A stretch of 64,000 bases of DNA from Eledone cirrhosa (GCA_964016885.1 OZ024749.1:2790001-2854000), one strand, 5' to 3'. Positions 1-13,906 are shown, counted from the first letter of the stretch. A program made the numbers and translations. Notes: generated by a model from the letters alone, not told the origin.

Positions 1-97
1 AGCTTTGTTTTATAAAACGACCCCCAAATATTACCGAGAGACGTTAAAGAACGCTTTCCTAATTTAGGAGCAATGCCCACAATTTCTGGGGAGGGAG

Positions 98-440
98 GCT
101 GTCGATTATATTGACACCAGTATTTGACTGGTACTTTATTTTTCGACGTCGGAATGATGAAAGGCAAAGATAGTCGTAGAACGCATTTTGCCCGAAGGCT
201 CTACCGATTCTTCCAATCCATCTCCCTAGTTAATATAACATATAGATTTTTAATTTAGGCACAAGGGCAGACATTTCTTTTTGGGGGGAGGGGCAAAGCT
301 GATTAAACCAAGTCCATTATTAACTTTACCCCCCCTCGGAAGGATGAAAGACAAATGTAGACCACGGTGGGATTTGAACTCACAAGATAGAAAGTCGCAA
401 CTAAATACCGCAAAACATTTTCTTCGGCGCTCTACCGCCT
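98..440 (-). mobile_element. Two degenerate copies of the same SINE
   Basis: ctggtactttatt...gatgaaaggcaaag and gggatttgaactc motifs. Confidence 0.7.
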
Positions 441-519
441 TATTCAACATAGTATATCAATGATTTGACTTCATCGGCTTTTTGTCCTCATTATATGTCT
501 TGTGAATGATGGCCTGGAT

Positions 520-1390
520 AATACTGCTACCACCGCTACTACTACCACTACTAACACTAATATCACCACCACCACCACCTCTACTACTACTACTATTACT
601 ACTACCACCGCTACCACCACCACCACCGCTACTGCTATTACTACTACTACTACTACCACTACTACTCTAGGGCGGTGGATTGGCAGTAGCGGTAGAGGGT
701 CGAACGCCATGCTTTGCCGCATAGAGTTCAAATCCCGCCGAGGTTAACTTTGCCTTTCATCCGTACGGGGTTGATAAAATAAAGTACCAGTAATGCACTG
801 GTATCGATTTAATCGACTTTCCCCTCCACCATCAACTCTGCCACCACCACAACCACCCCTACTCCCACCACGACCACCATACCCCCACCACCGCACCACC
901 ACCACTCCCACCACCACCACCACCATCACTACTCCCACCACCACCACCACAACCACCCCTATTCCCACCACCACACCACCACCACCACCACCATCATCAT
1001 TACTCCCCTCTTCTTGTTCGATCAAATCATTGATTTAAAGTGATTTCTTTAAACATCTTTTGATCTCTCAGATGTCAAATGGTATTAATAAAGACTGCTG
1101 CTATTGTTGTGGCGGTTGTTGTTATTGTTGTTGTTGTTGTTATTGTGGATGATGTTATTATTGTGTTGTTGTTATTGTCGTTGTTATTGTCGTTGTTGTT
1201 ATCTAGGTTAACTTTGTTTTTCAGTCTTATTTTCGTCCTTTCACTTATTTTATCTTTTAATGTTGTTGTTGTAGTTGTTATTGTTTTTGTTGTAGTTGTT
1301 GTTGATGTTTTTGTTGTAGTTATTTTTGTTGATGTTGTTGCTGTTTTTGTTTGTTTTGTTGTAGCTGTTCCTGCTGTTGTTGAAGTTGTT
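520..1390. repeat. Trinucleotide microsatellites (ACT/ACC)n and (GTT)n
   Basis: Direct reading. Confidence 0.9.
670..824 (+). mobile_element. tRNA-derived SINE (representative copy)
   Basis: A box TGGCAGTAGCGG and B box GAGTTCAAATCC. Body gcctttcatcc..cggggt.gataaaataaagtaccag resembles the Meta-type SINE domain (from memory, not searched). Confidence 0.85.
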
Positions 1391-2193
1391 GACCGGAACC
1401 GGAAGTAACATCCAACAATATAAACCGTGATATCTGCTGTTGCTATACAATTGTCTCTCACTATAATAAGGTCATCACTTCCAACAGAAAGTGGTGTGTG
1501 TGTGTATGGAACAATGTGTTTATCAGTCTCTCTCTCTCTGTGTTTGTGTGTGAGAATGTGTGACTATTTCTGTGTATTTGGGTGTGTGTATGTTTGTGTG
1601 TGTGTATGCGGGTGTGTGTGTGTGCAAGTTTATGTGTGCATATGTGTGTATGTGTATATATGTATGTATTTGTGAATGTGTGCGTGTGTATGTATATATC
1701 TATGTATATGTGAATGTGTGTGTATATGTATATGTGAATGTGTATGTATGTGTTTGTGTGTGTGTGTGTATGTATATATCTATATGTGAATGTGTGTGTG
1801 TGTGTGTCTATGTGTATATATGAATGTGTATGTATGTGTTTGTCTGAGTATGTATATATCTACGTATATGTGAATGTGTGTGTGTATGTGTATATGTGAA
1901 TGTGTATGTATGTGTGTGTATATATCTATGTATATGTGAAGTGTGTGTATATGAGAGTGTATGTATATATGTATGTATATGTGAATGTGTGTGTGAGTTG
2001 AAAATTGGATGTAATCTGATTCGATAATCTCCCCTTTCATCATGACGATTGTGAATAGATGTAAACATATTTAGAATACTTTTGTAAACGGAACATGAAT
2101 GTATGTATTATGTATGTATGTGTATGTGTGTGTGTATGTATGTGTGTGTGTGTATATGTGTGTGTGTATATATATGTATGTATGTGTGTATGT

Positions 2194-2234
<41 letters not shown>

Positions 2235-2280
2235 TGCGTGCGTATGTATGTGTGTGGTGTGTGTGTGTGTGTGTGTTTAT

Positions 2281-3001
2281 GTCGGGTCACTCTTGAGTGC
2301 TACTGGTAACATGTAACCCAGTACAACCTGTCACATGGTCGGGTCGTCGGCGACTAAACCGGCAACTCCACCAAGTTAACTTGGTGAGGAGGGTGATTTT
2401 GGACACCCTGCAGGACAAAAAACAAAACCTGACAAAGGGCGGAAGAACTCATAAGAGTCAACGGCCATCCAAAATATGTATATACACATGTATATACATA
2501 TGTACCGCGCGGTTAAACCACAGGGAGTGAAGGACCCTAGCCTTTGTCAGGGCATTCTTTTAGGAGAAGGCAACTCAGGAAACTGGGATAACTCCGATAT
2601 AAAACCTGCGGATCAGTAGATACCGATGATGTTGATCTTTTCTTCTTTTCGGGTTATAGCTACTGTCGCTCAGAGAGTGGGATTGGCTCAGTGCACAGTC
2701 TTTCCTCACTTTAAAAAATATCTTCATGCACAGGCATTGCACGATAGAATTAATTAATAATTATTAATTGTTTCTACTTTTGGCACAAGGCCAGCAAATT
2801 ACCCAGTGTATTACTGGTACTTTATTTTATCGACCCCTTAAGGATGAAAGGCAAAGTTAACCTCGGCGGGATTTGAACTCAGAATGGAAAGGGCCGTAAC
2901 TCTTTGCGTCAAAGCATGGCGTCCGACCCTCTGCCGACACTGCCAATCCACCATGGTATATCATGCAATGACCATACTCGATAACGAGGGGGCAGCCATC
3001 A
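2281..3001 (+). mobile_element. Non-autonomous RTE-like derivative (head + 3' tail), interrupted by a SINE
   Basis: Head is homologous to 3133-3490. Tail ccatactcgataacgagggggcagccatc-(ATGT)n matches the tails ending at 3697 and 25370. Confidence 0.6.
2766..2952 (-). mobile_element. SINE, full length
   Basis: Reverse complement of the 19564-19756 type. Confidence 0.9.
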
Positions 3002-3132
3002 TGTATGTATGTATGTATGTATGTATGTGTGTATGTGTGTGTGTGTATGTGTGTGTGTGTCTGTGTGTGTATCTGTGTATGTATGTATGTATGTATGTAT
3101 GTATGTATGTATGTATGTATGTATGTATGTAT

Positions 3133-3709
3133 GTCAGGTCACCAGTTAGTGCTACTGGTAACATGTATCCCAGTACAACCTGTCCCATGGTCGGGTCGTT
3201 GGCGACTAAACTGGCAACCCCACCAAGGTTTCTTGATGAGGAGGGTGACTTTGGACATCCTGCAGGACTAAAAACAAAACCTGTCAAAGGGCAAAGGATC
3301 TCTTATGAGTTAATATCCATCCAAAATCAGTGGGAGAGATGACCCCTTAGCCTTTGTCAAGGCAGAATGGTATCCAATGATGTTGACTTGTTCTTCTTTT
3401 TGGTAAATATCATCTTGGTTAAGAGAGTGGGACTGGCTTTGTGCAGTGCCTTTGCTCACTATAAAAGCTTCACGGCACAGGCATTGCTTTATATCTGGAG
3501 ATCTCTCTGCACTTGACGTCACATGGTACCATGGGCCCAGCACTATGTGTCAATAATTGTCACAAGTGTAGTGTTTGTACCAGAGTTTTCAAGTCGCTGA
3601 CTGGACTAAAAAGTCACACTCGTTCAGCGCATCGGTAGTGGTTCTCCTACATGGATATAAAGTAGTGGCCGTACTCGAAAACGAGTTGGCAGCCACCATG
3701 TATGTATGT
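3133..3709 (+). mobile_element. Second copy of the RTE-like derivative, keeping a C-terminal C2H2 zinc finger
   Basis: 3561-3638 translates HKCSVCTRVFKSLTGLKSHTRSAHR*, followed by a ctcgaaaacgag hairpin, gcagccacc and (ATGT)n. Confidence 0.65.
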
Positions 3710-4608
3710 TCTTCTGGTTTTATAATTTCACAAATTTTTGCCAATAGAGAGAGAGTCGGTTTCTAACATAGACACAAGACTCTCTCATTGGAATTTTCAC
3801 AACATCAACTAGGTAGATATGTATGTATGCATGCATGTGTAGATATGGATGTTATTGTATGTGTGGATGTGTATGTTTTAAGTTGTATGTGTGCATGTGT
3901 ATATGCTTTGTATCTGTACATGTGTATATGCAGTTATTAGATGCACAATTTTTGGAATGTTTTACATATTTTTACTGTTCCATTAATGGATTGTACTTGT
4001 AATTTCCTAACTATTTGTGTTCTTTCTGTTCCTGTGAAGCCTAGTTTCTCAAGATTTGTATTGAGGCAGTTACTAACATACCCCAGTGTCCCAATAATCA
4101 CAGGCATAAATCTGAAGGTGTAATCAGGGTGGAGTATCTGCAGATTTCTCATCAGTTCTGCATAAATATTCTCCTTTTCACTAATCTTTGATATTATATT
4201 GGCATCTGCTGGGCAGCTAATTTCCACTACTGTGCAAGTTTTCTTCTCCCTGTCCCATATCATAATATCTGGTCTGTTATGCCTGCATTTTATTGGGGTC
4301 TTTACTGGAACATTCCACCAGTACTCTTTCATATTATGTATATGGAAGTCTTCCACATTGCTGTAGCATTTAATGAGTTTATTATCGGGGCTATCTTTTT
4401 TACGGATTGCATTGTACAGTGTTTTGGCCGCTACATCATGCTTCAGAGGTAGATAGTACCGCGATGACATCTTTGGGCAGCTGCTGATGACATGGGTGAT
4501 ATCTTCGATGTTAGTTCTGCAGAGTCTGCACTTGTTATCACATCTAGGTGTTTTGCCTGCATCCCTATCTCTTTTGTGAATCAGGTATTTCGTGTTAATT
4601 TCCTGTTC
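3710..4608 (-). mobile_element. R4/Dong-type non-LTR retrotransposon 3' end (CCHC knuckle + restriction-like endonuclease)
   Basis: ORF 3937-4671 has CRLC...HVISSC, HD, NRPDIMIWD...VEISCP and EK..Y. The 3' UTR has a hairpin. Both ends abut (TATG)n. Confidence 0.85.
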
Positions 4609-4739
4609 TATGTATGTATGTATGTATGTATGTATGAAAATTAAGTTTAATATATACATATATATATACAATATGTCTATATCTATCTATATTTATATAA
4701 AAAGACCATGTGTACACACACGCGCGCACACACACACAC

Positions 4740-4800
<61 letters not shown>

Positions 4801-4824
4801 CATACATACATACATACATACATA

Positions 4825-5420
4825 CAGAGTGTTCAGAATAAATTTGATAGAGTCTAATTTTTAATTATTTTCCCTTCTATCTGTGAAAAGTAAAACCTAA
4901 TTATGAAAGCTAATCATTAGAGTTTTAAAGGTATCAAAGTTAATTGGACAAGTGGAGACCACCTAAATATCGGAAAAGGGTAATCTGTGTCATCATGATA
5001 CCCAGGCAGCAGCATTCGACAATAATGGCAGCTACGCTATGTTTTTTGAATACTGTTAAAGCTATAAGACATGAAACAAGGAGCTGCAACAGGGAGTACG
5101 AGGCGGGGCTTGCAAGAATGAACACATCAGACATTCTGATTGCTTCTGTACTCTAGGATTTATCGAATAACTTCGGGAGAAATTGATGGAGCACCCACAC
5201 AAGGGAATGCGAACTTTAGCGGGGGAAATGCAGCTCTCACCATGAAGCAGGAATTGAATTGAGATCTCCGCTACCACTCATACAAGAGGCGTAAAGATCA
5301 ACTTCTTAAAGAAAAGGCTCGAGAAAACCGTTTGACAAAAGCAAAGAAACTCCTGAACAAAGTGACACGTCGTGTTGAACCAGGGACAATCTGGTTATTC
5401 TCGGATGAATATAACTTTGT
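4825..5420 (+). mobile_element. Tc1/mariner transposon 5' remnant
   Basis: Starts TA|CAG. 5263-5418 translates DLRYHSYKRRKDQLL...RLTKAKKLLN...WLFSDEYNF (first catalytic Asp motif). Confidence 0.75.
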
Positions 5421-5484
5421 CTTATAAGTCTGGCACTAGCTGTTGAAACAGCAAGAGCTCAGCCGTCGGCCACGACTAACTGTA

Positions 5485-5565
<81 letters not shown>

Positions 5566-5680
5566 GAGGTACATACATATATAACGTTATGTTCTTGTCC
5601 CAAGAGAAGTACACTGGTCAGACGTACGATAACTTTATAGCCAACACAGAAGAAAGCTTTGAAATTTTACGTAGCAATGG

Positions 5681-5726
<46 letters not shown>

Positions 5727-6105
5727 TATATATATATATATATAATTTATATACAAATATATATCATCCCATCCAGGCCACTAGTTTACTGTCTCATGCA
5801 TACATTTACTTCTCTCTACCACGTGTTACAAGACAGTTATCTTAAGTTCTCTTAGAGTTCTCTGGAATGTATTCACTTAACACACGCTGATGAACCTGGC
5901 TGTTTCTTTCCATAAACTAATCTTTTGGCGAAACAAATCTCTTTGTGTTTCTACGTGTGTGATATATAGTTATAAAGGTGGGTAAATTCTTTCAGATTTA
6001 TATTTTTAATTATTATACGTCTACGTCACCTTTCGTAGTTTATAGATTCCATATACTGGTGGTTTTCCCTGTACATTGATAAACACACACTCTCTCGTGT
6101 GTTAT

Positions 6106-6170
<65 letters not shown>

Positions 6171-6589
6171 TTGGGGGTGTATGAATTTACATTGCTGTTT
6201 GTTTATATAGCCTAGTGATTCCCAAGGTGGGTTCCACAAAGTTGTGTCTGGATTTCCATGAAAAAAGGGAGAGGAGTATATTTACATTGCGACCATATAA
6301 CAGTGTTAGAAACCTTTGGGGTTCCCCCAAAGGTTTCTAAAGCAAAAATGGTTCCGCGTTTGAAAAAGCTTGGAAAAGCCCATGACTCTGCTGTTCGACA
6401 AATTGAGATGAATAAAATAAGTAGCTAGCTCGATTTTCCCGACTTCCGAGAGAGGGAAACGCAAAGTTGTCCCTGACAACTTTTGCACTCAGAATGCTCA
6501 AAGATGGAACAGAAGCCACAATACAATGAAGGTATTTGGTGGTACATCAGAAAATGTTACCAATCCACCACTTCTGCTCCATTGTGTAT

Positions 6590-6728
6590 ACTTTATTTTG
6601 TCAATCTCGAAAGGGTTAAAGGCAAAGTTGACCTCGGTAGGATTTGAACTTATTGTAGAGGGCAGGGAGTCGGAAGAAAGACCGTGTCATTTAATGGGAC
6701 GCTCTAACGACTCCGGTGATTCGCCGCC
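6590..6728 (-). mobile_element. SINE, degenerate
   Basis: aaggcaaagttgacctcggtaggatttgaact. Confidence 0.7.
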
Positions 6729-7112
6729 TAGATCAAATATCTCTAAGTCAGCTAAGTTACCAGCACGTCATCTCTCATCTCTCTATTGAATTACAGTTAA
6801 AAGAGAGAAGGTTATTTGGACAGTTTTAGTAAATGTCATTTATCTGAAAAGACTTGACACACCTGTCTAATCAAATGACTACACAGACATCTACACACAC
6901 AAACACACACACAAAGACAGACAAACACACACACACACATACATACATACATACATACATACACACAAAGAGAGACAAACACACCCACATACATACATAC
7001 ACACAAAGAGAGACAAACACACACACACATACATACATACACACAGAGACAAACACACCCAAAGAGAGACAAACGCACACACATACGCACACACACACAC
7101 ACACACACACAC

Positions 7113-7152
<40 letters not shown>

Positions 7153-7237
7153 GGAGATATTAACATTAGCACCCGCCATACGCACTCAAACACAAAAGCA
7201 CACGCATATATGTATATGCATACCTTTCTATCTATCT

Positions 7238-8176
7238 GGCGCTCACAGCCCTCTACCCAGCGGAAACAGTAATCAGCGGAGACTCCACTTCAACATTCTA
7301 TAGGGGATTAGTGGAGGATAAGTGCGACGACGTTCTCAGGGAAACTGTAGGCATCGAGGAGGACAAGCTGACCAGTCTGTTCGGGAAGACTTTCCGTCCA
7401 GGGCCTATGGATAACTTCCAGAAGTCTCTGGCTTGGCAGTGCTACCGAGGAGCTCTACCAGTTCGAGACAAAATCTACAGGCACGGACGCCCTGGCAGAG
7501 ATCTTGCCAAAAGGACCTGTTCAAGATGCGCGCAGGACATCGAAACCGTTCTGCACGCAATTGTTCAGTGCCCAGGGGTGACCGACCTGTGGAATTATGT
7601 CGAACAGCTACTGTCACGTGTGGAACGCATCCAGTTGTCAGCCGAGTCCATTGTGAGGATCACCCCGCCGCCTTCATTTAAGAATGAAGGAGAGGTGGTT
7701 TTCCTCTGTCTGGTGGCTATGGTGAAAGAGGTAATATGGCGGACGAGGTTAAAAGGACTGAGGGCAAGCACCTTTCTCTCCGGACAACAACTTATCCCCT
7801 TCTTTAAGTATCACTTCAGAAGGAAGGTGAGAGTGGAGAGAGGGGTGCTACACCCCAGTAAATTCGCTGAAAGGTGGGTGAATATGGCGAAAATGGCCCG
7901 AGTGAATGGGCCTTCTCTGTAGATAAAGCTGTAGGTTAAGTAAGACAAACAGAGGGAAGACGGCAAGACCTACAAAACGTGTTCCTGGTGTTGAGGGTTG
8001 TTCTATCCACGGGGTGCAAAACAACGCCGCAGTAACGTTGCCCCCTATTGGGGATTTCGATTGTTTTATTTTGTATATATTTTATTATTATTATCGTTAA
8101 AGATTTTATGTAAAACCCCCGCCGTCTTATAATGTCCCATTTTTATACGCCCTTGTGGTAAATAAATAAAGAAAGA
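7238..8176 (+). mobile_element. Tx1/L1-type LINE 3' end with zf-RVT (CCHC) domain and 3' UTR
   Basis: ORF 7311-7922 reads WQCYRGALPV...CSRC...ETVLHAIVQCP...LW. It ends cccttgtggtaaataaataaagaaa followed by (ATCT)n. Confidence 0.85.
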
Positions 8177-8214
8177 TATCTATCTATCTATCTGTCTATC
8201 TATCTATCTATCTG

Positions 8215-8750
8215 TTGTTGTCCGGAGAGAAAGGCATCTGTCCTCAGTCCTCTCAATCTCGTCCACCATATAACCTCATTCACCATAGCCACTATACAGA
8301 GGAAAACCGCCTCTCGTTTTTAAAAGAAGTTGGTGGTTTGATCCTTACAATGGACTCGGCAGTCAACTCATTCCCTTCTTTAGGTGCCACTTTAGAAGGA
8401 GAATCAGAGTGGAGAGAGAAGCTCTGCACCCCAGTAAATTTACTGAAAGGTGGGTGAATGTAGCAAAAATGGCCCGAGTGATTGGGCCTTCTCTGTATAT
8501 AAACCTGTAGGTTGAAGAAGAGAGCAAAAGGAAGAAAGGAGCACTTGCACAGCACGCTCCTGGATTTTAGGGTTGTTCTATCTACGGGGTATTAAACAAC
8601 CTATTTGTAACGCCTCCACCCTATTGGGATTTCGATTGTTAAATTTGTTTGTTGAAAATATATTTTTTACAGGATTGTATGTAAAATCCCCGGCATAGGT
8701 CCTGTATTGTCCCCTTTTCTTGTGCGCCCTTGTGGCAAATAAAGAAATAT
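8215..8750 (+). mobile_element. Second, partly rearranged copy of the Tx1-type 3' end
   Basis: Shares aaaatggcccgagtg..gggccttctctgta...cccttgtgg.aaataaagaaa with copy 1. Its 5' part contains an inverted piece (AESIVRI on the minus strand). (ATCT)n lies on both sides. Confidence 0.8.
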
Positions 8751-9678
8751 ATCTATCTATCTATCTATCTCTAATATATTATCATATGTAGGAGCATATA
8801 TTTGTATATGTTATGTGTTTGTCTACACATATGCACACACACACACCAACATCCACACCCACACACCCACCCTCCAATATCCCCCCCCCCCACATATATA
8901 ATCCTCAACATCTAGATTATTATTAGAGCAAGGTGTTGATAGCAGACATCTTCCCTACATTGATCCCCGAACATTTGATACCATTGACCCCAACAAGGAG
9001 CCCGTCTTCACCCCGGTGTGAATGAAGGATTTCTTGAAAAGGAGGGTTGACAGATTCCATCACAGGGACGATGACAGTGAAAGATCCCTTTAAAGGATTT
9101 AATGATTCTATGAATTGTGTGTGTGTGTGCGTGTGCGTGTGCGCATGCCGCGAAGGGACTGCTGAGGGCTCAATGTTTCGGTGGTTTAAATAGTTTAGAG
9201 ATCCTGGATTTCACACAACGTCTGTTAAATCTCGCCATGTTTCTCTACATAAATGTGTCTAACATCTTTTTTAATCTTCGTATTAAAGAGTACACACACA
9301 AATACAGAGTTTCGGGATATTAATCTTTTCCCCCCTTTATATATATATATATATATATATACTATATAATTATATATATATATATATATATACATACTAT
9401 ATAATTATATATATATATATATATATACATACTATATAATTATATATATATATATATATATACATACTATATAATTATATATATATATATATATATACAT
9501 ACTATATAATTATATATATATATACTATATAATTATATATATATATATACTATATAATTATATATATATATATATACATACTATATAATTATATATATAT
9601 ATATATATATACTATATAATTATATATATATATATATATATACTATATAATTATATATATATATATATATATACTATA

Positions 9679-9723
<45 letters not shown>

Positions 9724-9974
9724 ATGATATTAATAAATGGAAATTATATTTATAAAACCATATTTATTCAATTATATATATTTCAAGGGTACCAAACTTT
9801 GGTACGCTCTCATCAGATAAAATACAAAATTTGTTTTATAAATAATGACATACCCAGGAATCAGACCTTAACGGTTCATTGGATACACATATATATATAT
9901 ATTGAATCGATCGACAAGATCCCAGACCTCATTTACCAGGGTGGATCTGGTCAGATCGAGGACCATTAGTCTTT

Positions 9975-10120
9975 TCATTGCTGATACTATTTATCGGTTG
10001 TGACCTTTGGCAGAAAGAGCAACGTGAAATAGAGTGTCTTGTTCAAGGGCATCACCCGATCCAGGAATCGAGCTCGCAACCTCACAATTGCGAATCCAAT
10101 TCTCTTACCAGTAAGATACG
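9975..10120 (-). mobile_element. A different tRNA-derived SINE family, degenerate (related pieces at 14625-14680 and 61570-61740)
   Basis: gtgtcttgttcaagggca...ccaggaatcga (reverse-complement B box plus conserved body). Confidence 0.5.
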
Positions 10121-10163
10121 AGCCATTAGCTTCTATTATATTTTTGTTTTCTCGTGTTCTAAA

Positions 10164-10340
10164 TAATTGTTTCTACTTTTGGCACAAGGCCAGAAATTAC
10201 CCAGTGTATTACTGGTACTTTATTTTATCGACCTCGTAAGGATGAAAGGCAAAGCTAACCTCGGCGGGAGTTGAACTCATAACGTAAAGGGCCATAATTC
10301 TAACCCACAAAGCATGTTGTCCGACGCTCTACCGATTCTA
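10164..10340 (-). mobile_element. SINE
   Basis: tttctacttttggcacaaggccag...ggatgaaaggcaaag...ttgaactc. Confidence 0.88.
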
Positions 10341-10652
10341 AAACCAAACCACTGCCCTCATCCATCAACAGAGAAACATTGAAATATTGTTTTTTATTGT
10401 TTTTTAATCTCTCTCTCTCTCTCATCACCATCATAACCTCTAACTCCCACTCTCTCTCTCTCTCTCTTCATAATCCAGATTACATTCCTTTTACAACTTG
10501 TTTTCCGATTTATGCCCCACCCCACCACTTTCAACCCTTTGTTAAGAAAAGCTTATCAAGAATTTTAATATTATAAAAAAAGGCTATGGGTTTGTATTTG
10601 ACGTTTTTATAATCTTTGTCTCACTAAGTGGGTCTGGAGATACGACGATGTC

Positions 10653-10686
<34 letters not shown>

Positions 10687-12359
10687 ATAGTAGTAATAGT
10701 AGTAATAGTAGTAGTAGTAGTAGCTGACATTATCTAAGTTCAAATCCCGCCGTGGGTAGCTTTACCGTTCACCCTAACCAGTCACGTGCCAAATGTAGAA
10801 AACATTATTATTGTAAGTAGTAGTGTTAATAGTAGTAGTAGTGTTAGTAGTAGTAGTAGTGTTAGTAGTAGTAGTAGTAGTAGTAGTAGCAAAAATTAAA
10901 ACCACATGAAAATAACACCAGAAACAACAAAACAGAAGAGAATTAATGCCGTTATCTATCTCACACATACACACATACACATAAAGCACTCTCACACATA
11001 TACAAACACCTACACACATATACACATACACACACATACACATAAAGCACTCTCACACATATACAAACACCTACACACATATACACATACACACACATAC
11101 ACATAAAGCACTCTCACACATATACAAACACCTACACACATATACACATACACATATAAACACTCACACACATACACACACATACATATAAACACTCACA
11201 CCCACGCTCAGCTCATGAATACGGAAGTACATCTGGTGTTGCACCAGAAACTCACACGAAACTACTGAGGAAATAATAATAAACATAATAGTTTAATAAC
11301 AACAATAATAATAATTATGATGTAAAAATAATGATAATAATACACAAGAATTGATGTTGATTCAGGATTAAGTCTTAATTAAAGATAAAAAAACAAAAGG
11401 TAAAAAACAGCAAACGCTAAAAAACGTAAGTGGCGACGAAAGACGGTTTGTTAAGAACTAAAGAAAACAGATTCAATTGAAATTATTAATCTGTCTGCAT
11501 GGGGAGATAATCGGATATTCTAAGTAGATAGAAACATTGCAAGTTTATTTCGGTAAGAGAGATAGATAGCTATAGATATAGAGAGGGAGTGGTGGAGGTA
11601 TAAGAGAGGAAAGGGAGGTAAACATGGGTGGGATTAGACTTAGGTTTTGTCAGTTGTTTTATTATTGAATTAGATGCATATGGCCACCTTTTGCTATATT
11701 TTGTTATTTTCATAGCATCCATTTTTTTTTCATGAGCACTTTGAGATACTTAAACGTATGTCAGCATGGCTAAGGGGGATAAATCATTAGAATAGAATCC
11801 GGATCTCCCCACACATTTCTTTGTTAATGTTTGCTTAATTCCATTTGAAATAAACAAATAAATAAATATACAAAACAAAATGCACGAAAAATCAAACGAA
11901 CCAAATGGCGAAATTCTGTTGCATTACTTGCGGTTAATACTTCTGAGAAAAGCTCAACAACATCCGCCATATGGCTGGCTCTTGTTTAAACACTGTTTTT
12001 TTTCTCAGTGTTAAGCAGATTATCATACTTCCCACCACCTCCCGTCCTTCCCCCATTACCCCACCTGCTTGGGACGCTGTACAAGAGCAACAACGCAGCA
12101 ATGCAACGATGCAACATTGAAACTATGCAAATCTATCACACATCATTTAAACAGTAGAGCGCCTGATGATCACTAAGTTCGAGTGAAACTATCAGAGTTT
12201 TCTTTACTTTGAGTTAAAATATTCTCTGCAGATTAAACCACTTAATGTATATTGAATACCCATTTAAACTTGGTCGTTCTCGTTCTAGAATTTAAAAAAA
12301 TCCATATATATATATATCTACATTATAAATAACAATCAAATAGTGTTAAAAACATTTAA

Positions 12360-12817
12360 TCACTTACGATCGTTTCATCCTAGCACAAGGCCAGATCCAT
12401 CGGAGTATATAATAAAGGTTAAAACACAAATATAATAGCAGAACATTAGGAAGATACATGATATGGGAAGTAAGCATAAGTATCAACATTTATATGCTTA
12501 TAGTATATGTTTATTGACTGATTATGATATATGTCTTGCACTATACTTAACCTTTCTGTAGCAGCATGGTTTTTTTAAATTTTAATGCTTTTAGCTGCTC
12601 CTAATTTGTATTGCATTTATATGCTCATATTTTCCATAGGCTTCTCCCGCCTTTGCTATCTTTTCTTGTATAAATGTTGACACTTATGCTTACTTTCCAT
12701 ATTATGTATCATCCTAATGTTCTTATGACAAACTTCTGATTTTATATTTGTGTTTTAACCTTTGTTATATACTCCGATGAATCCGTCCTTGTGTTAGGAT
12801 GAAACGATCGTAAGTGA
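12360..12817. mobile_element. Penelope-type inverted pLTR fragment pair with a hammerhead variant
   Basis: Arms ~12360-12495 and ~12668-12817; ACT-CCGATGA-ATCC...GGAT-GAAAC-GATC-GTA-AGT at 12771-12815. Confidence 0.7.
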
Positions 12818-13511
12818 TTGTTTTAAACACTCTTTGTTATTTATAAAGTATTTCGGCTCTGTATTATACTTGTTATTTTACATTGAGCTATTCTCATAAT
12901 TGTAATTGGATAATATTTAATATTACCCACATTATATATACAAATATCTATTATTAGGACACTGGGATTGATGAGTTAATATCTGTATAGAACAACTACA
13001 ACGGTACGCGATGGGGCCCAGCCACAGCCCCGGCGGACAGAATGGAGAAGGCGTTTCCCCGGGGGACGGCAAAGTTAGTTATATCATAAGGAATATATTG
13101 ATGTACATATCTCACACCTCTAACACCATATGAATAAACCTTATAATATAACTATACACACACACACACACACTCCCCCTCTCTCTCTCACATACACACA
13201 CACACACACTCCCCCTCTCTCTCTCACATACACACACACACACACACACTCCCCCTCTCTCTCACATACACACACTCCCCCTCTCTCTCTCACATACACA
13301 CACACACACACTCCCGCTCTCTCTCTCACATACACACATACATATGGTTATGTTACCAATGCAGAGCATTCTAGACTCCAAAGTCTTTTGCCTCTGTCTT
13401 TGGACGAACCCCATGTGTATGTTTAAGTCCTCACGCCGGTACTTAGAAATTAGTTCTCATCCCTTGTGAGTACACACACACACACACACACACAGAGAAC
13501 CACGGGCACAT

Positions 13512-13603
<92 letters not shown>

Positions 13604-13707
13604 ACCAGTTTAGACCATTGTTCAGCTAGTTATCCACTCACCGTCGCAACGGTAAAAGCTTAGCCGTCGGGCCCTAACTCTTTACAATATATATATATAT
13701 ATATATT

Positions 13708-13835
13708 CTAGGGCGGGTAAAATTCCCGAGATCCATGGACGAGTTCTCTCCAGTGGTCTCTGTCCCTCATTATCGCTGCCATGTCCTGCGTCTCCAACAG
13801 ACCAGTGTCTGTCCTTAGGGCATCAACATACGTTA
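13708..13835 (-). mobile_element. Short 3' fragment of the same RTE family
   Basis: ggcgggtaaaattcccgagatccatggacgagttctc... matches 49333 onward; next to (TA)n. Confidence 0.9.
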
Positions 13836-13906
13836 TCTTTGGTGGTATATATATATATATATATTATATATATATATAATATATATATAAATATATAAAT
13901 ATAGGT

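Noticed and set aside
670-745. tRNA genes at A/B-box motifs
   Set aside because: These are SINE heads; there is no cloverleaf and each continues into the SINE body.
471-1461. Thr/Pro/Val-rich mucin-like or membrane ORFs
   Set aside because: They are trinucleotide microsatellites interrupted by a SINE.
11900-12100. YY1-like motifs suggesting a promoter (also 18037-18051)
   Set aside because: Short motifs with no linked exon or CpG island.
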